Assembly: GCA_046484665.1 (NCBI GenBank)
Contig: JAWOIN010000180.1
Span: forward strand, 333 to 64,332
Origin: Gemmatimonadota bacterium
GTDB lineage: Bacteria; Gemmatimonadota; Gemmatimonadetes; Palauibacterales; Palauibacteraceae
DNA: 64,000 nt
Reading direction: 5' to 3'
The notes under the pieces were generated by a model. The model had not been told where the DNA came from and made no database searches. It saw nothing but the letters and a program-made list of their open reading frames with translations. Each line of letters begins with the position of its first letter. Positions within the stretch are counted from its first letter, which is position 1. This document shows, in pieces, positions 62,846-64,000 of this stretch. A program made the translations under genes and the position numbers.

Positions 62846-64000
62846 GTGAAGCAGACCGAGGAGCAGCTCGTCGTGATCGTCGCCACCGAGGCGTTCGGAG
62901 AGCTGTGGGACGATCTCGCCGCCTCGGCCGGGCTCGCGCTACGGCGGCTCGACGCGCCCGAGGCTCCGCGCGGCGGGCGCGTGGCAGCGGTGATTCTCGC
63001 CTGCGGGGGCGCCGAGGACCGTGCCCTCGATCTGATCCACGCCGCGAACCGTGCGGGGATCGACGGGGCGCTCGTCGTGGGCGCGGAGCCGGACCACCGG
63101 CTCGCCGTGGAGCTGATGCGCCGCGGAGCTGGCGGCTACTTCGCGCTCCCGGCCGACGTGGAGCGGCTGCACGAGGAGATCGCCTCGATCGCCGAGGGCG
63201 CGCGGGAGCCCGACGACGACGCGCTCGAGCGCTTCCGTCGGCGGTCCTACGACTTCTCGGCGATCCTCGGCGAGGACGGGTCGCTGCGGGATTCGCTGGA
63301 GCGGGCCGCGAGGGTGATCCCCGGCGGGAAAGCGACGGTGCTCATCGCCGGAGAGACGGGGACGGGGAAGGAGCTCCTCGCGCGGGCGATCCACTACAAC
63401 GGGCCTCGGGCCGGGGAGCCGTTCGTGGCGGTGAACTGCTCGGCGATCCCGGCTAACCTGCTCGAGTCCGAGCTGTTCGGCCACGAGAAGGGCTCCTTCA
63501 CGGGGGCAACGTCGTCCAAGCCCGGCCTGTTCGAGGTCGCTGACGGCGGCACCCTGTTCCTGGACGAGGTGGCGACGCTCGCCGTCGAGCTGCAGGCGAA
63601 GCTCCTTCGCGTCCTCGAGACCCGGGAGGTCCGCCGGGTCGGCGGGGTGCGAGATGTCTCCGTGGACGTGCGGATCCTCGCGGCCGCGAACGTGGACCTC
63701 GCCGAACGAGTGGCGGCCGGCGAGTTCCGCGAAGACCTCTACTACCGACTCGCCGTGGTCCCGATCGTCCTCCCTCCCCTGCGGGAGAGGGGAGACGACG
63801 TCATGCTCCTCGCCCGCCACTTCCTCGCGCGGCTCTCGGAGGAGTACGGGATGGACCCGCCCTCGCTGTCGCCACAGGCGGTAGCGGCGCTGCGCCGGCA
63901 CGCGTGGCCCGGCAACGTGCGCGAGCTCCGGAACGCACTGGAGAGAGCGCTGCTGCTGGCGGGCGGCGCGGTGATCGGTCCGGAGCACCTCGCGCTCGGT
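62846..64000 (+). CDS. Sigma-54-dependent transcriptional activator with a degenerate receiver domain (3' end outside window)
   Basis: It has no stop in the window, so it is absent from the ORF track. GTG at 62846. AAA+ motifs GETGTGKE, EKGSFTGA (GAFTGA variant), GGTLFLDE and WPGNVREL are present. Confidence 0.8.
   Translation, partial: MKQTEEQLVVIVATEAFGELWDDLAASAGLALRRLDAPEAPRGGRVAAVILACGGAEDRALDLIHAANRAGIDGALVVGAEPDHRLAVELMRRGAGGYFALPADVERLHEEIASIAEGAREPDDDALERFRRRSYDFSAILGEDGSLRDSLERAARVIPGGKATVLIAGETGTGKELLARAIHYNGPRAGEPFVAVNCSAIPANLLESELFGHEKGSFTGATSSKPGLFEVADGGTLFLDEVATLAVELQAKLLRVLETREVRRVGGVRDVSVDVRILAAANVDLAERVAAGEFREDLYYRLAVVPIVLPPLRERGDDVMLLARHFLARLSEEYGMDPPSLSPQAVAALRRHAWPGNVRELRNALERALLLAGGAVIGPEHLALG

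Overview
This is a 64-kb, roughly 70% GC bacterial chromosomal window. All family names below come from reading motifs in the supplied translations; no database search was possible. Gene content (Sec-type clade II NosZ, TM/TolB-N-like/TPR proteins starting FAELKRRRVFRV, many DUF lipoproteins) looks Gemmatimonadota-like, but that is only an impression. The window reads left to right as follows. (1) 1-12.3 kb: a DUF1207 gene, an ECF sigma/anti-sigma/HEAT-repeat operon, a Cys-type NAD-linked formate dehydrogenase (fused NuoE-NuoF beta subunit plus alpha subunit plus a coupled 81-aa ORF), a TolB-like propeller protein and Hsp20. (2) 12.5-19.3 kb, minus strand: a clade II nitrous-oxide reductase cluster (cytochrome c, nosZ, NosB-like::NosL fusion, nosD, nosF, nosY, plus an untracked 33-aa membrane peptide), with a divergent Cys-rich wHTH regulator. 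(3) 20.2-24.05 kb: tRNA-Arg(CCT) followed by a 3.8-kb insertion bounded by a perfect 43-bp repeat of the tRNA 3' half. It carries IS3 and IS21 remnants and one intact convergent gene pair, a membrane-anchored TIR protein and a 3-TM partner. This pair is my best candidate for an undescribed defence-like system. (4) 24.4-31.3 kb: a second accreted block bounded by a ~204-bp, ~92% identical repeat of a lipoprotein gene 3' end. It carries a frameshifted DedA, a SigR/RsrA-like redox sigma/anti-sigma pair, and an EgtD(EanA)/EanB-like oxygen-independent ergothioneine module with SufE and a flavoprotein. (5) 31.8-46.9 kb: two TPR paralogs flanking a glycosyltransferase, EamA and DUF3127; an MFS sugar porter; a MarR-YceI unit with three TGTTGTCACA boxes; and assorted small genes including udk. 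(6) 47-59.5 kb: a copper/heavy-metal island (CopB-type P1B ATPase, CusCBA-like RND system, P-II-like protein, DUF411 intact copy plus remnant, YHS, frameshifted HMA, and Met/His-rich periplasmic proteins). (7) 59.7-64 kb: fabH, tag, a DASS transporter and a sigma-54 activator with a degenerate receiver domain that runs off the window. Most long ORFs in the six-frame track that overlap these genes are high-GC shadow frames. No CRISPR array or rRNA was seen.
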